A DNA stretch of 51,599 nt, from the NCBI GenBank assembly GCA_964526035.1, contig CAZGKE010000003.1, positions 3,312-54,910 on the forward strand, read 5' to 3'. Of this stretch, positions 17,615-31,330 are shown one piece after another. The position numbers and the translations under genes were made by a program. Source of the stretch: an uncultured Gammaproteobacteria bacterium (GTDB lineage: Bacteria; Pseudomonadota; Gammaproteobacteria; Xanthomonadales; BPKI01). The notes beneath the pieces are model-generated. The model was not told where the DNA came from. It searched no databases and saw only the letters and a program-made list of their open reading frames with translations. Numbering within the stretch: the first letter of the stretch is position 1; every line of letters begins with the position of its first letter.

Positions 17615-19042
17615 ATGCAGCCGATGCCACAGGGACCTGACCCGCCGGTCGGGCTTCGGCGATCTGCGCCAGCATGGCGCGCAGCCTGGGCCTCAGGGTT
17701 GCTGTATATGACCATGGGGCTCATCTCTGTCGCTGCGTTCGCCGAGACGCCCGCGGTTGCCGATCCGGAACGCGTTGAGGCGGCTTCGCTCGAAGCGGAA
17801 GCAGTCGAGGCCCATGTCGCGCTCACTCGCGAACAGGACGCACGCATTGCCCACGAACTCAGGGCACGCCTGTCACTGGTCGAGTCGCTTCGCGGAATCG
17901 AAATAGAGGTGGCTGCGGGCGTCGTGGTGCTGCGCGGGGCATTGACCGACGATTCCCGGCGCGACCTGGCCAGGCGGGTGGCGGAGTCGGTGCCCGGCGT
18001 CATTGCCGTCGAGGACCGGCTGGAGTTCGAGACTGCGCTTGAGCAGCGACTTCAGCCAGTGATGTCGTCCGGTCTCGAGCGTCTGAAGCGACTGGTCCGG
18101 GGGCTGCCGCTGCTGGGCGTGGCCGTGCTGCTGGTCTACCTGTTTCATCTCGCAGGGCGGCTGTTGACCTCCTGGCATCGTCCGTTCCGGCGCCTCGACC
18201 GCAATCCCTTTCTGCGCGACCTGCTGCAGCGCGCCGTGCACGCAGCAATCGTGATCGCGGGAATCCTGGTGGCGCTGGATCTGCTCGGTGCCACCGCCTT
18301 GGTCGGTGCCGTGGTGGGTGCGGCGGGCCTGGCTGGTCTGGCGCTGGGCTTTGCCTTCCGCGATCTGGTGGAGAACTACATCGCCAGCATCCTGCTCAGC
18401 CTGCGCCAGCCGTTCGCGCCCAACGACCATGTGGTCATCGACGGCCACGAGGGCCGTGTGGCCGCCTTGAACTCGCGCGCCACCATATTGATCACGCCGG
18501 ATGGCAACCATCTGCGTCTGGCCAATGCGCTGGTGTTCAAGGCGGTCATCCTGAACTACACCCGCAATCCTACCCGCCGCTTCCACTTCGATCTGGGCAT
18601 CGGCAACCAGGAGGATCTTGCGCGTGCAAAGCTTCTGGTCGTCGACGCCGTATGCGCCACACCGGGCGTCGTCGCCGAGCCCGAACCGCGTGCACTGATC
18701 CAGGCAGTAGCCGACTCCAGCGTCACCCTGCGATGCCTGGCCTGGGTAGACCAGCGCAAGGCCAGCTTTGCCAAGGTGAAAAGCGAAGCGATCATTGCAG
18801 CGAAGAACGCGCTGGATGCCGCCGGAGTGGACCTGCCTGAGCCGATCTTCCGGGTCGAACTCAGCTCGGCGGCTGACCTGACAGCCACGCCCATTGACCG
18901 CCGCAGGTCGAAGACTTCGCATCCGTCCGAGACCGCCAGCGCGGATGTATCGGTGGAAACCCATCTTGAGGACCAGGTTGAGCGCGAGCAACTTGCGCAG
19001 GGCGGACAGAACCTTCTCAGCGAGTCCGCGCCGAAGGAGTGA
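17615..19042 (+). CDS. Mechanosensitive ion channel (MscS family) with an N-terminal periplasmic BON domain
   Basis: BON-like segment LVESLRGIEIEVAAGVVVLRGALTDDSRRDLARRVAESVPGVIAVEDRL. MscS beta-domain VVIDGHEGRVAALNSRATILITPDGNHLRLANALVF. Start uncertain: ATG 17615 gives a signal-like N-terminus, and the alternatives are GTG 17558 and ATG 17708. Confidence 0.8.
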   Translation: MQPMPQGPDPPVGLRRSAPAWRAAWASGLLYMTMGLISVAAFAETPAVADPERVEAASLEAEAVEAHVALTREQDARIAHELRARLSLVESLRGIEIEVAAGVVVLRGALTDDSRRDLARRVAESVPGVIAVEDRLEFETALEQRLQPVMSSGLERLKRLVRGLPLLGVAVLLVYLFHLAGRLLTSWHRPFRRLDRNPFLRDLLQRAVHAAIVIAGILVALDLLGATALVGAVVGAAGLAGLALGFAFRDLVENYIASILLSLRQPFAPNDHVVIDGHEGRVAALNSRATILITPDGNHLRLANALVFKAVILNYTRNPTRRFHFDLGIGNQEDLARAKLLVVDAVCATPGVVAEPEPRALIQAVADSSVTLRCLAWVDQRKASFAKVKSEAIIAAKNALDAAGVDLPEPIFRVELSSAADLTATPIDRRRSKTSHPSETASADVSVETHLEDQVEREQLAQGGQNLLSESAPKE

Positions 19043-19103
19043 TCGGCGAGCGCGATGGACTCCCTGGCCGCCTTCTCCCCGGAACCGGCTGCAAAAAACT
19101 GGT

Positions 19104-19131
19104 CGCGGACTCCCTCTCAGGTTCCCTCGGC
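19104..19131 (+). repeat. Diverged copy of the intergenic motif CGCGGAC-N-TCAGGTTCCCT-CGG-C
   Basis: CGCGGACTCCCTCTCAGGTTCCCTCGGC. Compare the copies at 35323-35387 and 38180-38214. Confidence 0.35.
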
Positions 19132-19282
19132 ACCGCCCATGACTTCCAACCTGCTGAATTCCCTTCATCTGCGTGACCTTCGGCAAGGGTTTTTCGTCGT
19201 ACGTTGGCGCACCATGGCGGCATGGTGGCTGTATTGGGCACAGGGAGGTTGGCGCCGCCGGTAACCGGTTTCAGGGGTAGCG

Positions 19283-20454
19283 ATGAATTTTCGACTGTTG
19301 AATGGCGTCCTGCTGGTTGCGGCGCTGGCCGCAATGGCGGGCTGTCAGCGTGACGGTGAGGCCAATGAGGAGGGGGCGCCGGCGCCGACCGCGGTCGCCG
19401 TGGATGTTGCTGCAGTGGCGCTGCGTCCGGTGGTGGCCAGCTATACGGGAACCGCCACGCTCGAGGCCGAGCGCGAGGCACAAGTGGTGGCCAAGACTTC
19501 CGGCGTGCTGCTCGAACTGCGCGCCGAGGAGGGCGACCAGGTGCGTGCCGGGCAGTCGCTGGCGCGGCTTGATGACGAGCGTCATCGCCTCGAGCTGGCG
19601 CGGGCCGAGGCAAATGTGGCACGTCTGGAGAACGAGTTCAGTCGATCCAGCGAGCTGATCGCGGCGCGGCTGACTTCGCAGGAAGCCCACGACCGCGTCC
19701 GCTACGAGCTCGACACCCAGCGCGCGCTGCGCGACATGGCAGCTCTGGAACTGTCCTACACCAACATCCAGGCGCCCATCGACGGCGTCATCACCGATCG
19801 GGTGGTCAAGGAAGGCAATCTGATCCAGATCAATCAGGCCTTGTTCCGGGTGGCCAACTTCCGCCCTCTGCTTGGTGTCCTGAACGTCCCGGAGCGCGAA
19901 CTGGCGCGGCTGCGCCCTGGGCAACCGGTAAGCATGGTGGTCGATGCGCTGGGCCCTATCGTATTCGAGGGGAAAGTCGCGCGCATCAGCCCCTCGGTGG
20001 ATGCGGCGACCGGCACCTTTCGCGTCACCGCTGAATTCGATGACGATCGCGGCATCCTCAAGGCCGGCATGTTCGGGCGACTTGCGGTGGTCTACGACCG
20101 TCGCAATGCGGCGCTTACCATCCCCCGCGCGTCGCTGATCGAGGAGGACGGCAGGCTGTCGGTTTTTCGCGTCAGCGATGACAAAGCGGAGCGCGTCGCA
20201 GTGACCATCGGGTATTCCAGCGATGGCTTCATCGAAGTTCTGGAGGGCCTGCAGGAGGGTGATCGGGTGGTCACCGTCGGACGCGCAGCACTGCGCGAGG
20301 GCACCGTGGTACAGATCGTGGGTGGTGACGTGCCGCCACCTACCGCGCCTGAAGCGGATGCACCTGCGGAAACCGAATCGCCAGCGGGGGAGGCGCCTGT
20401 CGAGGAGCCGGTCATCGAAGCCGTTGATGAAGCCGGGGCGGCGGAGGACGCGGC

Positions 20455-20458
<4 letters not shown>
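19283..20458 (+). CDS. Efflux RND transporter periplasmic adaptor (MFP) lipoprotein
   Basis: Lipobox LAAMAGC. HlyD/AcrA-like coiled-coil and beta-barrel motifs (GQSLARLDD, YTNIQAPIDGVI, V..GNLI). Ala/Pro/Glu-rich C-terminal tail. Confidence 0.9.
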
Positions 20459-23751
<3,293 letters not shown>

Positions 23752-23821
23752 TGGCCGATCGCGAAAACGTTCCAGGCCTGCGCAACGGTGCCTCAGTCGC
23801 TGCTGACCGCGAGCGCCAGCC

Positions 23822-26800
23822 GTGAACATTGCCGAGCTCAGCCTGCGCCGACCGGTCACCGCCTTCATGGTGTTCGTATCGATGATGGTGATTGGCGTCA
23901 TTGCCGCGGTGCGGCTGCCGCTGGAGTTTTTCCCCGCGGTCGACGCGCCGTTCCTGTTCGTCCAGGTGCCGTACCCGGGCTCCACCCCGGAAGAGATGGA
24001 GCAGCAGATCACGCGACCGCTGGAGGAGGTGCTGTCGACGCTGTCGGGTATCCAGCAGATGAACTCGAACTCGCAGGCCGACACCTCCAACGTGTTCATC
24101 ATGTTCCGCTGGGGCACCGATATCGGCGTGCGCGCGGTGGAGGCGCGCGACCGGCTGGACGCGGCGCGCAGTTCGCTGCCGGCCGACGTGCGCCGCATCA
24201 ACCTCTTCAAGTGGAACAGCGGCGATGCGCCGGTTCTCAACATCCGCATTTCCAGCAGGCACGATCTCGACAATGCCTATGATCTGCTGGAGGAGAATCT
24301 GAAACGCCCGATCGAGCGCATTCCCGGCGTGGCCCGGGTGGAGCTGCACGGCGTCGAGCCGCGCGAGGTGCTGATCGAGCTTTCCGGCGACCGCTTGAGC
24401 GCGCATGGCGTGTCCCTCAATGACCTGGCTGCACGTCTGCAGGCCGCCAATTTCGCCAGCTCGGCCGGAGTGATCAGCGACGGGCCTACGCGCTGGCGGG
24501 TGCAGCCGGTCGGCGAACTGCGCTCGCTCGAGGAGTTGCGCGCCCTGCCGATCGGCGGCCCCGGGCTGCGCCTTGGCGACGTCGCCGAAGTGTCCATGAA
24601 GTCGCGGGAGCGCGACTACGAGCGACGTCTCGAGGGACGCTACGCCATTGGCCTGGAGGTGTTCAAGGAAAACGACGCCAATCTGGTCGAGGTCGGTTTT
24701 GCGGTACTCGACGAGGTCAATCGCATAGGCAATCTGCCGGAATTCGATGGTATCGACCTGCTGTTTTTCGACAACCAGGCAGAGGGCGTCACCGGCTCGC
24801 TCGCCGAGCTGGCGCGCGCCGGACTGGTCGGGCTGCTGCTGGCGCTGGTGGTGCTCTACCTGTTCCTGCGTCATTGGCCATCGACGCTGATGGTGGCGCT
24901 GGCGATTCCGGTGTGCATGGTGATCACGCTGGGCTTCATGTACTTCTTCGGCCTGTCGCTCAACATCCTGTCGATGATGGGTCTGCTGCTGGGCGTGGGC
25001 ATGCTGGTGGACAACGCGGTAGTGGTCACCGAGAGCATCTACCAGGTGCGCGAGAAGCACCCGGACCGCCCCGCCTGGAGTGCGGTCACCGGCGCCAGGG
25101 CGGTGACGCTGGCGATCAGCGCCGGTACATTGACCAGCATCGTGGTGTTCGCGCCGAACATCTTCGGCGAGAAGAACTTCCTCACCATCTACCTGTCGCA
25201 GGTGGCGATCACAATCACCATCGCGCTGCTTGCTTCCTGGCTGGTCGCGGTGAGCCTGATACCGCTGATCTCCTCGCGGATCAAGTCCCCGCCGCTCGCG
25301 AAACCGGGGGGATTCAGCGAGCGCTTCCGCAATGCCTATGCGAGCCTGCTCGGCTGGACCCTGCGCCATCGTGGCAGCGTCATGGCCGCCATCCTGCTGC
25401 TGGTCGTGGTCAGCGTGATGGTACCGATGGAGCGGACCCGCAAGGACATGTTCCCGCCCGATCAGCAGCGCACGCTGCGCCTCGACTACAGGCTGAACGC
25501 CAACTACCTGCTTCCGGATCTGCGCGCTGCGGTCAAAGAGGTCGAGGCGTATCTCGAGGCCAACCGCGAGCGTTTCGAGATCGACACCGTCTACAGCTAT
25601 TTCAACGAGAACGGCCAGGCCTTCACGCAGATGGTGCTGACGCCCGACGATCAGGCAAAGAAGGCCAGTTCACTGATCATGGAAGAAGTCCGCGAAGGGC
25701 TGCCGCGAATCGCCGTGGGTGAGGTCAACTTCCGTCAGCAGCGTTCGGGCGCCAGTGAAGGGCTCACGGTATCCATCATTGGCGACTCCACCGCCGCGCT
25801 CGCCGAGCTGGAGCGGCCGGTCATGGAGGTACTGAACAGCGTCACTGGATTGCGCGACGTGCGCTCCGAGCTGGGTCGCGGTTCCGGCGAGCTGCAGGTG
25901 CGAGTGGATCGCGACCGCGCGGCGCAGTACGGCTTCAGCGCCGAGGAAGTGGGCCGCTACGTGGGCATCGCCCTGCGTGGTCTGCAGCTGCGCGAATTCC
26001 GGGGCGTCGAAGGCGAAGTGCCGATGTGGTTGCGCTTCCAGGACAGCGACCGCACCAGCACCGACAGCATCTCCGACTTCAAGATCCAGAATGCCGCGCG
26101 CGAGCAGATACCGCTGCTGGCGCTGGTCGACATCGAGACGGTACCCGGTCCACGCAGCATCCAGCGGCAGAATCGCCAGACCGGGCTGCGCTTCAATGCC
26201 AATCTGGCCGAGGGCGCCACCATGCCCGACGCGCGCAAGGCCATTGAAGAGCGCATGAACGCGCTGGCGCTGCCGCCGGGTTACCGCTGGACTTTCGGCG
26301 GCGGCTTCGAGGATGCGGATATCGCCGGGCAGCAGATGTTGTTCAACACCCTGATTGCAGTGCTGCTGATCTTCATCGTGATGGCGGCCGTGTTCGAATC
26401 GCTGCTGTATCCGCTGGCCATCGTCACCGCCATCGGCTTCTCGATCCTCGGCGTGTTCTGGTTCTTCTGGCTGACCGGGACCACGTTCTCGCTGATGGCC
26501 TCGATCGGCATCCTGATCCTGATCGGCGTGGTGGTGAACAACGGCATCGTGCTGGTGGAGCACGTCAACAACCTGCGCCACGCGGGTCTGAGTCGCCATG
26601 ACGCGCTGGTGCAGGGCTGTCGTGATCGCCTGCGCCCGATCCTGATGACGGTGGCGACCACCGTGCTCGGCATGCTGCCGCTTGCCATCAGCGGTACCCA
26701 GCTTGGCGGAGGCGGTCCGCCGTATTTCCCGATGGCCCGCGCGATCATCGGAGGGCTGATCTTCTCGACCGTGGTCACCCTGGTGGTGCTGCCGACGCTG

Positions 26801-26887
26801 TACACAATGCTCGACGACATGCGTCTTGCCACGGCAAGGATCCTTGCCGATGCCCGGGCCGGGCGCTATCGACCGCAGGCTTCCTGA
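23822..26887 (+). CDS. Second RND efflux permease (AcrB/MdtC-like), 1021 aa
   Basis: GTG start at 23822. MNIAELSLRRPVTAFM, LLLGVGMLVDNAVVVTESI and GILILIGVVVNNGIVLVEHV. Confidence 0.95.
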   Translation: MNIAELSLRRPVTAFMVFVSMMVIGVIAAVRLPLEFFPAVDAPFLFVQVPYPGSTPEEMEQQITRPLEEVLSTLSGIQQMNSNSQADTSNVFIMFRWGTDIGVRAVEARDRLDAARSSLPADVRRINLFKWNSGDAPVLNIRISSRHDLDNAYDLLEENLKRPIERIPGVARVELHGVEPREVLIELSGDRLSAHGVSLNDLAARLQAANFASSAGVISDGPTRWRVQPVGELRSLEELRALPIGGPGLRLGDVAEVSMKSRERDYERRLEGRYAIGLEVFKENDANLVEVGFAVLDEVNRIGNLPEFDGIDLLFFDNQAEGVTGSLAELARAGLVGLLLALVVLYLFLRHWPSTLMVALAIPVCMVITLGFMYFFGLSLNILSMMGLLLGVGMLVDNAVVVTESIYQVREKHPDRPAWSAVTGARAVTLAISAGTLTSIVVFAPNIFGEKNFLTIYLSQVAITITIALLASWLVAVSLIPLISSRIKSPPLAKPGGFSERFRNAYASLLGWTLRHRGSVMAAILLLVVVSVMVPMERTRKDMFPPDQQRTLRLDYRLNANYLLPDLRAAVKEVEAYLEANRERFEIDTVYSYFNENGQAFTQMVLTPDDQAKKASSLIMEEVREGLPRIAVGEVNFRQQRSGASEGLTVSIIGDSTAALAELERPVMEVLNSVTGLRDVRSELGRGSGELQVRVDRDRAAQYGFSAEEVGRYVGIALRGLQLREFRGVEGEVPMWLRFQDSDRTSTDSISDFKIQNAAREQIPLLALVDIETVPGPRSIQRQNRQTGLRFNANLAEGATMPDARKAIEERMNALALPPGYRWTFGGGFEDADIAGQQMLFNTLIAVLLIFIVMAAVFESLLYPLAIVTAIGFSILGVFWFFWLTGTTFSLMASIGILILIGVVVNNGIVLVEHVNNLRHAGLSRHDALVQGCRDRLRPILMTVATTVLGMLPLAISGTQLGGGGPPYFPMARAIIGGLIFSTVVTLVVLPTLYTMLDDMRLATARILADARAGRYRPQAS

Positions 26888-26914
26888 GCGGAAGCCGCGT
26901 CTCGTCCGAGGCGC

Positions 26915-29239
26915 CTACAGCCTCGCCTGCAGGGCGTCGAGCGCCTTGCGAAGGCGGGCGGCGTACGGCTCGGCAGCCGATGCATCCATCGGCAAGTCGC
27001 GCCACTGGCCGAGCACTTCCTCGATCTCTTCGGCGAGGTCCGAGCGTTCTTCTGCGCCGGCCATGCGTTCGGCAAGACGGGTGACCTGGTAATCCATTCG
27101 ACGCTGGCGGTCATCGGCCGGGCTGGGCATGCCTGCCAGGAACTCCAGGCGCACGCACAGGTTGGCCGCGCGCTCACTGTCCGCAGCGCCTTCACCGTGA
27201 TCGCGATGGCGCACGTCCGCCTCCGCCAGCAGCGTTTCCAGACGCGCCCTGCGTGCGGCCTGCCGTGCATCGACGGCGCGGCTTTCGACAGTCGCTTCGG
27301 CGGTTTCGAAGCGTCGACGCAGGTCGCCGTCGCGCATGTCGAGCTGACGCCACAGACCGCGGATCTCGCGCAGCTCGGACTGTTCAGGTGCCGCTCCCAG
27401 TGATTCCATCCTGGTGATGAGCGCTTCGGCTTCGCTGCGCTGGGCGCCGGCCTGGGCCTCGCGCTCGGCGCGCTGGCTGTCGAGTTCGCCGAACACGCGG
27501 TCGCAGGCGGCACGGAAACGCTTCCACAGCGGCTCCTCATCGCGGCGCGAGCCGGTGCCGGCGGCTTTCCATTCCGCCTGCAGGCGCTTGGCCTCGCGCA
27601 CGGCCTTGCCCGGATCGTCCTGCGGCAGCGCCTCGGCTTCCGCAAGCAGTGCCTTCTTGCGCTTGAGCACCTCGGCGCCGGCGGCACCCAGCCGCGCGTC
27701 CATGTCGGTGAGCGCCTGCTTGATCGCGGCGAGCAGCGGTGGACGCTCGGTGGCGGTGAGGTTGGCGGCATCGCGCAGCGTATCGGCGGCACGACGTCTG
27801 AGTGCACGCAGCGGGCGCACGTCGTCGCCTTCGAGCGCCTGCTTGATCTCTTCGATCAGTGCGCCGGCTGCCGCGGTGTGGTCGCCGCGCAGCGCCTCGC
27901 GCTTCTTGAAGTACCCCTTGGCCGGTTTCAGCACGCGGTGGGAAAGGGCATGGAAGCGACGGGTGATGCCCTCGGGCGCGTCCTCACCCGCCAGCGACTC
28001 CAGCGCCGTCCACTGCTGGCGAAGCTCGCGGACGCGGTTGGCCAGGGCATCGGGATGGATGCCCGAGTCGATCATCTTTTCCATTTCCTCGCACAGACGA
28101 ACCCGCTGCTCCTGCATCGACCAGCGTTGCCAGCGCAGCATCTCGGCGAGTTTGGCGCGCAGTTCGGCGAAGCGCCCAGCTTCGGCGCCGCGCGGACGCA
28201 TGTCGACAAGCAGCTTCTCCACGTTGCGCGCCTCGCGCACGTGGCCTTCGCCGAGGAGGGCTTCGAGGTTTTCCAGTTCGCGGCTGCAGTCCGGCGGCGG
28301 GGGCTTCGGAGCGCGTTTCGGAGCCGACGGTTCCGGAACTGTCAGCACACTCTCCTCGACGTGCTCGTCCTCGGGCTGCACCGTGTCCGACACGGATTCG
28401 CCCGATTCAGGATCAGGCGGTGGCTCAACCTCCGCAGAGGGTGGAGGTGCGGGAGGAGGGGGCGCCAGCAGGCGGTCGATTACCTCAAGCGCACCCTGGA
28501 ATCGGGCGTGCAGCGGGTGCTCGGCGTCGATGCCGAGATCCTGCCACTGCTCGCGCAGCGATCGGGCGGCATCGGCGAGGTCGCCGGCCGGGCGGCGCAT
28601 CAGGGCCTCCGCCGCGACGCAGATGCTTTCGCCCTTGGCGCGGATGGCGCCGGGATCGTCGGCGGCCAGGCGCGCACGATCGAGGCGCTCCAGGGCCGCG
28701 CGATGGATGCGCTTGTCGGTCTTGCGCGCCGAATCGGCGATCCGCTGCAGCTGGCCCGGATCCTCGATCCTGCCGAGCGCCTCCAGGCGCAGGGCGGCAT
28801 CGGCGTCGCCGGTGGCGGCCTCGACCAGAACCTGGGGACGGGTCACCCGCGCCAGGGCGGCGCGGCGCACATCCACTTCGCGCGCGGTGCGCGCCAGCGC
28901 TTCCAGCTCGCCGGGCTGGTGTACCTCCTCGACCAGCAGCACGCGTTGCACAAGGTCGAGTCTGCTCGGTCGTTCGCCGGCGAGTTGACGAAGCGCGAGG
29001 TCCAGCGCCTGCCTGCGCAGCGTCGGCTCGCTGTCGTCACGGGCCGATTCCAGGTAGCGGCGCGGATCGTCGAGGCGCTTGAGTGCCGCGAGGCGCACGC
29101 GCGCATCGACGTCTTCGCGGGCGATCAGGCTGAGCTGGCTGTCGAGCTCGTCGTCGTGGTCGTTGGCCACGGCGCGCAGGCGGACATCGGCGTCCTTGCT
29201 GCGCCAGTCCGGGCCGAAAAGCATGCGTTTGATTTTCAT
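26915..29239 (-). CDS. DUF349 domain-containing protein (about 774 aa, helical repeats, N-terminal HEAT-like repeats)
   Basis: The ATG at 29239 (MKIKRMLFGPDWRSKD) overlaps the TraB stop (ATGA). Repeated W..L...RF..A.D..F-type helical units are typical of DUF349. Confidence 0.7.
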   Translation of the reverse strand: MKIKRMLFGPDWRSKDADVRLRAVANDHDDELDSQLSLIAREDVDARVRLAALKRLDDPRRYLESARDDSEPTLRRQALDLALRQLAGERPSRLDLVQRVLLVEEVHQPGELEALARTAREVDVRRAALARVTRPQVLVEAATGDADAALRLEALGRIEDPGQLQRIADSARKTDKRIHRAALERLDRARLAADDPGAIRAKGESICVAAEALMRRPAGDLADAARSLREQWQDLGIDAEHPLHARFQGALEVIDRLLAPPPPAPPPSAEVEPPPDPESGESVSDTVQPEDEHVEESVLTVPEPSAPKRAPKPPPPDCSRELENLEALLGEGHVREARNVEKLLVDMRPRGAEAGRFAELRAKLAEMLRWQRWSMQEQRVRLCEEMEKMIDSGIHPDALANRVRELRQQWTALESLAGEDAPEGITRRFHALSHRVLKPAKGYFKKREALRGDHTAAAGALIEEIKQALEGDDVRPLRALRRRAADTLRDAANLTATERPPLLAAIKQALTDMDARLGAAGAEVLKRKKALLAEAEALPQDDPGKAVREAKRLQAEWKAAGTGSRRDEEPLWKRFRAACDRVFGELDSQRAEREAQAGAQRSEAEALITRMESLGAAPEQSELREIRGLWRQLDMRDGDLRRRFETAEATVESRAVDARQAARRARLETLLAEADVRHRDHGEGAADSERAANLCVRLEFLAGMPSPADDRQRRMDYQVTRLAERMAGAEERSDLAEEIEEVLGQWRDLPMDASAAEPYAARLRKALDALQARL

Positions 29240-30456
29240 AGGAGGGTATCGATGATGCGGTAGCCGGCGATGTACACGCCCAGGGCGGTGCCCAGGCTGG
29301 TGAGGAAGAACACGAGAAAGATCCGCGCTGCCGCGTTGCGCCACCAGCCGGAGAAGCGGCCGAGGTCATCGCGCAGGGCGGCGAAATCGGCCACCCGCGG
29401 TTTGCGCAGCCATAGCTCGGTGGCGGCGCTGACCATGCCCGAGGCCAGAGCAGGGTGCAGCGGTGTCAGCGGCGACGACAGCGCAGCGCCGAGAACGGAC
29501 AGCGGATGCGCGGCGGCCGCCGCGGCACCCAGCGCACCGAGCACGGCAGTGATCACGATCCACTGCCACACCAGGCCGGCGCCAATGTCGGTTCCCTGCG
29601 CGAAGCCGATGGCAAAACCACCGAGCACGAACACCATCAGCCCCCAGGGCCAGGCGCGCGACAGCCAGCCACGCGGCGGTACCTGCTCCAGCTCCGCGCG
29701 CACTCTGGCTGGATCGTCGCTGTCTTCCTGGAGATGGCGGGCGAGGCCTTCCAGGTGCCCGGCGCCGATCACCACCAGCACTTCATGGGCCTCGGACTGT
29801 GCGGCGTTCTGGCGCAGCGCTGCGGCCATGTAGCGGTCGCGCTCGGAGATCAGTCCTCGGTACAGCGGCTCGGAGGACTTCGCGAACTCGCTGAAGGCGC
29901 TTTCCAGCATGTCGCCCTGCTTGAGCTTTTCGATGTCGGCCTCGTCGATGCCTTCGCCGGTCACCAGGCTGCCGAGCAGGGCGCCGATCAGCTTGCTGCG
30001 CTGCCAGAAGCCGGCGTGGCGCCAGGTGCGGGTAAGCGTGGTGCCGACGTCACGATCGATCAGCCAGCAGGTCAGGCCCTGCGCCTCGGCGCGATCGAGT
30101 GCGGCGCGCATCTCGGCACCCGGTTCGACGCCGAGCTGATCGGCCAGTCGTCGCTGGTAGGCGGCGAGCGCCAGACTGGCGGCGACCAGTCCGGTCTTGC
30201 CCTCGCGGATCACACGGAAAAGGTCCAGTTTTGACAACGTCTCGGGATTGGCCAGCGCCTCACGACGTGCAGGGCAAAGCTCCACGGCCACCGCGTCAAA
30301 CTGGCCGCTGTCGAGGGCGACCAGCACCGCGTCGGTGCTGCTTCGCGAAACGTGGGCGGTGCCGAGAACGGTGAAGCGAACGCCATCGCGTTCGATCAGC
30401 CGCGTCGGCTGATCGCGCAGGACTTCCGCAAGCGTCAATACCCCAGGTTCAGTCAC
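29236..30456 (-). CDS. TraB/GumN family protein with C-terminal transmembrane segments
   Basis: FTVLGTAHVSRSSTDAV...AVAVELCPARREAL is the TraB signature. The GTG at 30456 overlaps the aguB stop (GTGACTGA). The track ORF extends to 30678 through an Arg/Cys-rich extension. Confidence 0.8.
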   Translation of the reverse strand: MTEPGVLTLAEVLRDQPTRLIERDGVRFTVLGTAHVSRSSTDAVLVALDSGQFDAVAVELCPARREALANPETLSKLDLFRVIREGKTGLVAASLALAAYQRRLADQLGVEPGAEMRAALDRAEAQGLTCWLIDRDVGTTLTRTWRHAGFWQRSKLIGALLGSLVTGEGIDEADIEKLKQGDMLESAFSEFAKSSEPLYRGLISERDRYMAAALRQNAAQSEAHEVLVVIGAGHLEGLARHLQEDSDDPARVRAELEQVPPRGWLSRAWPWGLMVFVLGGFAIGFAQGTDIGAGLVWQWIVITAVLGALGAAAAAAHPLSVLGAALSSPLTPLHPALASGMVSAATELWLRKPRVADFAALRDDLGRFSGWWRNAAARIFLVFFLTSLGTALGVYIAGYRIIDTLL

Positions 30457-31330
30457 GATAGCGCAGCAGCAGGTCGTCGTAGGCGTCGATGCGGCGATCG
30501 CGCAGGAACGGCCAGATGCGCCGCACCGTCTCGCTGCGGTCGCGATCCACCTCTGCCAGCAGCAGCTGCGGTTCGCCATCGGCGACGGCGAGCACCTCGC
30601 CCTGTGGCCCGGCCACGAAACTGTGGCCCCAGAAGACGATGCCGCCCGCGCCCAGCGGCGAGGCTTCGTGGCCGACACGGTTGCAGGACAGCACCGGGAT
30701 GCCGTTGGCCACGGCGTGACTGCGCTGAATGGTCACCCAGGCATCCTGCTGACGCTGCTTCTCGTGGGCGTCATCGCCAGGATCCCAGCCGATGGCGGTC
30801 GGATACAGCAGCATCTCGGCGCCGGCCAGCGCCATCAGCCGCGCGGCTTCCGGGTACCACTGGTCCCAGCACACCAGTACGCCGAGGCGGCCGACCGCGG
30901 TGTCCACCGGTTCGAAGCCGAGGTCGCCCGGCGTGAAGTAGAACTTCTCGTAGAACCCCGGATCGTCGGGGATATGCATCTTGCGGTAGATGCCCACGGT
31001 GCTGCCATCGGCATCGAACACCACGGCGGTGTTGTGATACAGGCCCGGTGCGCGGCGTTCGAAAAGCGAGCCGACCAGCACCACGCCGGTGTCGCGCGCC
31101 AGCGCGGCGAGGCGTGCCGTGCTTGGACCCGGAATCGGTTCGGCGCGGTCGAACTCGGCGGTGTCCTCGTGCTGGCAGAAGTAGGGGCCGTTGTGCAGCT
31201 CCTGCAAAAGCACCAGGCGCGCGCCGGCAGCAGCAGCCTGACGCACGCGCTCCTCGATGGTGGAGAGATTGTCTTCGCTGCTGCCGTGATCCTGTTCCTG
31301 GACCAGGGCAACCTTCACGGTGGACTTCAT
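30449..31330 (-). CDS. aguB: N-carbamoylputrescine amidase (nitrilase superfamily)
   Basis: MKSTVKVALVQEQ..., LVLLQELHNGPYFC, CWDQWYPEAAR (catalytic Cys context). About 293 aa. The ATG at 31330 overlaps the aguA stop (ATGA). Confidence 0.9.
   Translation of the reverse strand: MKSTVKVALVQEQDHGSSEDNLSTIEERVRQAAAAGARLVLLQELHNGPYFCQHEDTAEFDRAEPIPGPSTARLAALARDTGVVLVGSLFERRAPGLYHNTAVVFDADGSTVGIYRKMHIPDDPGFYEKFYFTPGDLGFEPVDTAVGRLGVLVCWDQWYPEAARLMALAGAEMLLYPTAIGWDPGDDAHEKQRQQDAWVTIQRSHAVANGIPVLSCNRVGHEASPLGAGGIVFWGHSFVAGPQGEVLAVADGEPQLLLAEVDRDRSETVRRIWPFLRDRRIDAYDDLLLRYRD

Noticed and set aside
17278-17640. 120-aa plus-strand ORF with an acidic stretch (GPEEVEEEGTHQDVEGE) spanning the micro-ORF region and running into the MscS gene.
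   Set aside because: It is the +1 frame of the AAG-rich island. It has no RBS and no recognisable motifs, and it overlaps the channel gene start region. The Lys-rich frame has a proper SD and stop, so it is preferred, though still tentative.
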